Shown here piece by piece: positions 61,601 to 64,000 of a stretch of DNA of 64,000 nt. The DNA comes from Mobula hypostoma. Lineage: Eukaryota. Where the stretch lies: assembly GCF_963921235.1 (NCBI RefSeq), contig NC_086126.1:6262001-6326000 (forward strand), read 5' to 3'. A model generated the notes under the pieces. That model saw nothing but the letters and a program-made list of their open reading frames with translations. It had not been told where the DNA came from and did no database searches. Both the position numbers and the translations under genes were made by a program. Numbering within the stretch: the stretch's first letter is position 1; the number at the start of each line of letters is the position of its first letter.

Positions 61601-64000
61601 CTCTATCTGTGTCCTCTGGTCCTAGATTCCCCACTATAGGAAACATCCTCTCCACATCCACTCTATCTGTGTCCTCTGGTCCGAGACTCCCCCGCTATAG
61701 AAAACATCCTCTCCACATCCACTCTATCTGTGTCCTCTGGTCCTAGACTCCCCCACCATAGGAAACATCCTCTCCACATCCACTCTATCTGTGCCCTCTG
61801 GTCCTAGACTCACTCACTACCGGAAACATCCTCTCCACATCCACTCTATCTGTGTCCTCTGGTCCTAGACACCCCCACTATAGGAAACATCCTCACCACA
61901 TCCACTCTATCTGTGTCCTCTGGTCCTAGACTCCCCCACTATAGGAAACATCCTCTCCACATCCACTCCATCTGTGTCCTCTGGTCCTAGACTCCCACAC
62001 TATAGGAAACATCCTCTCCACATCCACTCTATCTGTGCCCTCTGGTCCTAGACTCACTCACTACCGGAAACATCCTCTCCACATCCACTCTATCTGTGTC
62101 CTCTGGTCCTTGATTCCCCACTATAGGAAACATCCTCTCCACATCCACTCCATCTGTGTCGTCTGGTCCTAGACTCCCCCACTATAAAAAACATCCTCTC
62201 CACATCCACTCTATCTGTGTCCTCTGGTCCGAGACTCCCCCGCTATAGAAAACATCCTCTCCACATCCACTCTATCTGTGTCCTCTGGTCCTAGACTCCC
62301 CCACCATAGGAAACATCCTCTCCACATCCACTCTATCTGTGCCCTCTGGTCCTAGACTCACTCACTACCGGAAACATCCTCTCCACATCCACTCTATCTG
62401 TGTCCTCTGGTCCTAGATTCCCCACTATAGGAAACATCCTCTCCACACCCACTCTATCTGTGTCCTCTGGTCCTAGACTCCCCCGCTATAGAAAACATCC
62501 TCTCCACATCCACTCTATCTGTGTCCTCTGGTCCTAGACTCCCCCACCATAGGAAACATCCTCTCCACATCCACTCTATCTGTGCCCTCTGGTCCTAGAC
62601 TCACTCACTACCGGAAACATCCTCTCCACATCCACTCTATCTGTGTCCTCTGGTCCTAGACTCCCCCACTATAGGAAACATCCTCTCCACATCCACTCTA
62701 TCTGTGTCCTCTGGTCCTAGACTCCCCCACTATAGGAAACATCCTCTCCACATCCACTCTATCTGTGCCCTCTGGTCCTAGACTCACTCACTACCGGAAA
62801 CATCCTCTCCACATCCACTCTATCTGTGTCCTCTGGTCCTAGATTCCCCACTATAGGAAACATCCTCTCCACATCCACTCCATCTGTGTCGTCTGGTCCT
62901 AGACTCCCCCACTATAGAAAACATCCTCTCCACATCCACTCTATCTGTGTCCTCTGGTCCGAGACTCCCCCGCTATAGAAAACATCCTCTCCACATCCAC
63001 TCTATCTGTGTACTCTGGTCCTAGACTCCCCCACCATAGGAAACATCCTCTCCACATCCACTCTAACTGTGCCTTCTGGTCCTAGACTCACTCACTACCA
63101 GAAACATCCTCTCCACATCCACTCCATCTGTGTCCTCTGGTCCTAGACTCCCCCACTATAGGAAAGATCCTCTCCATATCCACTCTATCTGTGCCCTCTG
63201 GTCCTAGTCCTAGAAACATCCTCTCCACCCACTCTACTAGATTCCCCACAATAGGAAACATCCTCTCCACATCCACTCTATCTGTGTCCTCTGGTCCTAG
63301 ACTCCCCCACTATAGGAAACATCCTCTCCACATCCACTCCATCTGTGTCGTCTGGTCCTAGACTCCCCCACTATAGGAAACATCCTCTCCACATCCACTC
63401 TATCTGTGTCCTCTGGTCCTAGACTCCCCCACTATAGGAAACATCCTCTCCACATCCACTCCATCTGTGTCCTCTGGTCCTAGACTCCCCCACTATAGGA
63501 AACATCCTCTCCACATCCACTCCATCTGTGTCCTCTGGTCCTAGACTCCCCCACTATAGGAAACATCCTCTCCACATCCACTCTATCTGTGCCCTCTGGT
63601 CCTAGACTCACTCACTACCGGAAACATCCTCTCCACATCCACTCTATCTGTGTCCTCTGGTCCTAGATTCCCCACTATAGGAAACATCCTGCTCCACATC
63701 CACTCCATCTGTGTCGTCTGGTCCTAGACTCCCCCACTAAAGGAAACATCCTCTCCACATCCACTCCATCTGTGTCCTCTGGTCCTAGACTCCCCCACTA
63801 TAGGAAACATCCTCTCCACATCCACTCTATCTGTGCCCTCTGGTCCTAGACTCACTCACTACCGGAAACATCCTCTCCACATCCACTCTATCTGTGTCCT
63901 CTGGTCCTAGATTCCCCACTATAGGAAACATCCTCTCCACATCCACTCCATCTGTGTCGTCTGGTCCTAGACTCCCCCACTATAGGAAACATCCTCTCCA
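52678..64000. repeat. 61-bp CR1-derived satellite, about 185 copies, running off the end of the window
   Basis: Unit CTCTGGTCCTAGACTCCCCCACTATAGGAAACATCCTCTCCACATCCACTCTATCTGTGTC; the minus strand encodes CR1 DRVDVERMFPIVGESRTRGH. Confidence 0.97.

Noticed and set aside
52678-64000. CRISPR-like array (also considered for the 52-, 44- and 37-bp arrays)
   Set aside because: Head-to-tail units with no unique spacers, no cas genes, and a vertebrate intron-exon context

Overview
Vertebrate genomic DNA, most likely a cartilaginous fish and probably a ray, judged from the CR1, Rex1/Babar, Penelope and V-SINE repeats and the minisatellites. Three spliced genes can be assembled from GT-AG splice sites with consistent phases. 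(1) The last six coding exons of MAP4K2 (CNH domain, + strand, stop at 7946). (2) SF1/branch-point-binding protein (+, about 11.4-36.9 kb, about 613 aa), whose N-terminal exon is not the familiar vertebrate MATGANATPL. (3) The BH3-only gene BAD (- strand, about 171 aa, promoter near 52.5 kb), convergent with SF1. The last 11.3 kb is a 61-bp satellite that grew out of a CR1 LINE coding segment and shows higher-order blocks. The most interesting signals are: minimal hammerhead-ribozyme motifs in Penelope-like elements and in fold-back non-autonomous derivatives, one with a perfect 10-bp target-site duplication; a candidate 9-nt in-frame microexon placed directly before the SF1 SPSP phospho-motif; several other candidate SF1 splicing-regulatory elements; two parallel candidate SF1 first exons; and an ATG-TGA start-stop element overlapping the BAD start codon. 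All calls come from reading the sequence by eye; no database search was run.
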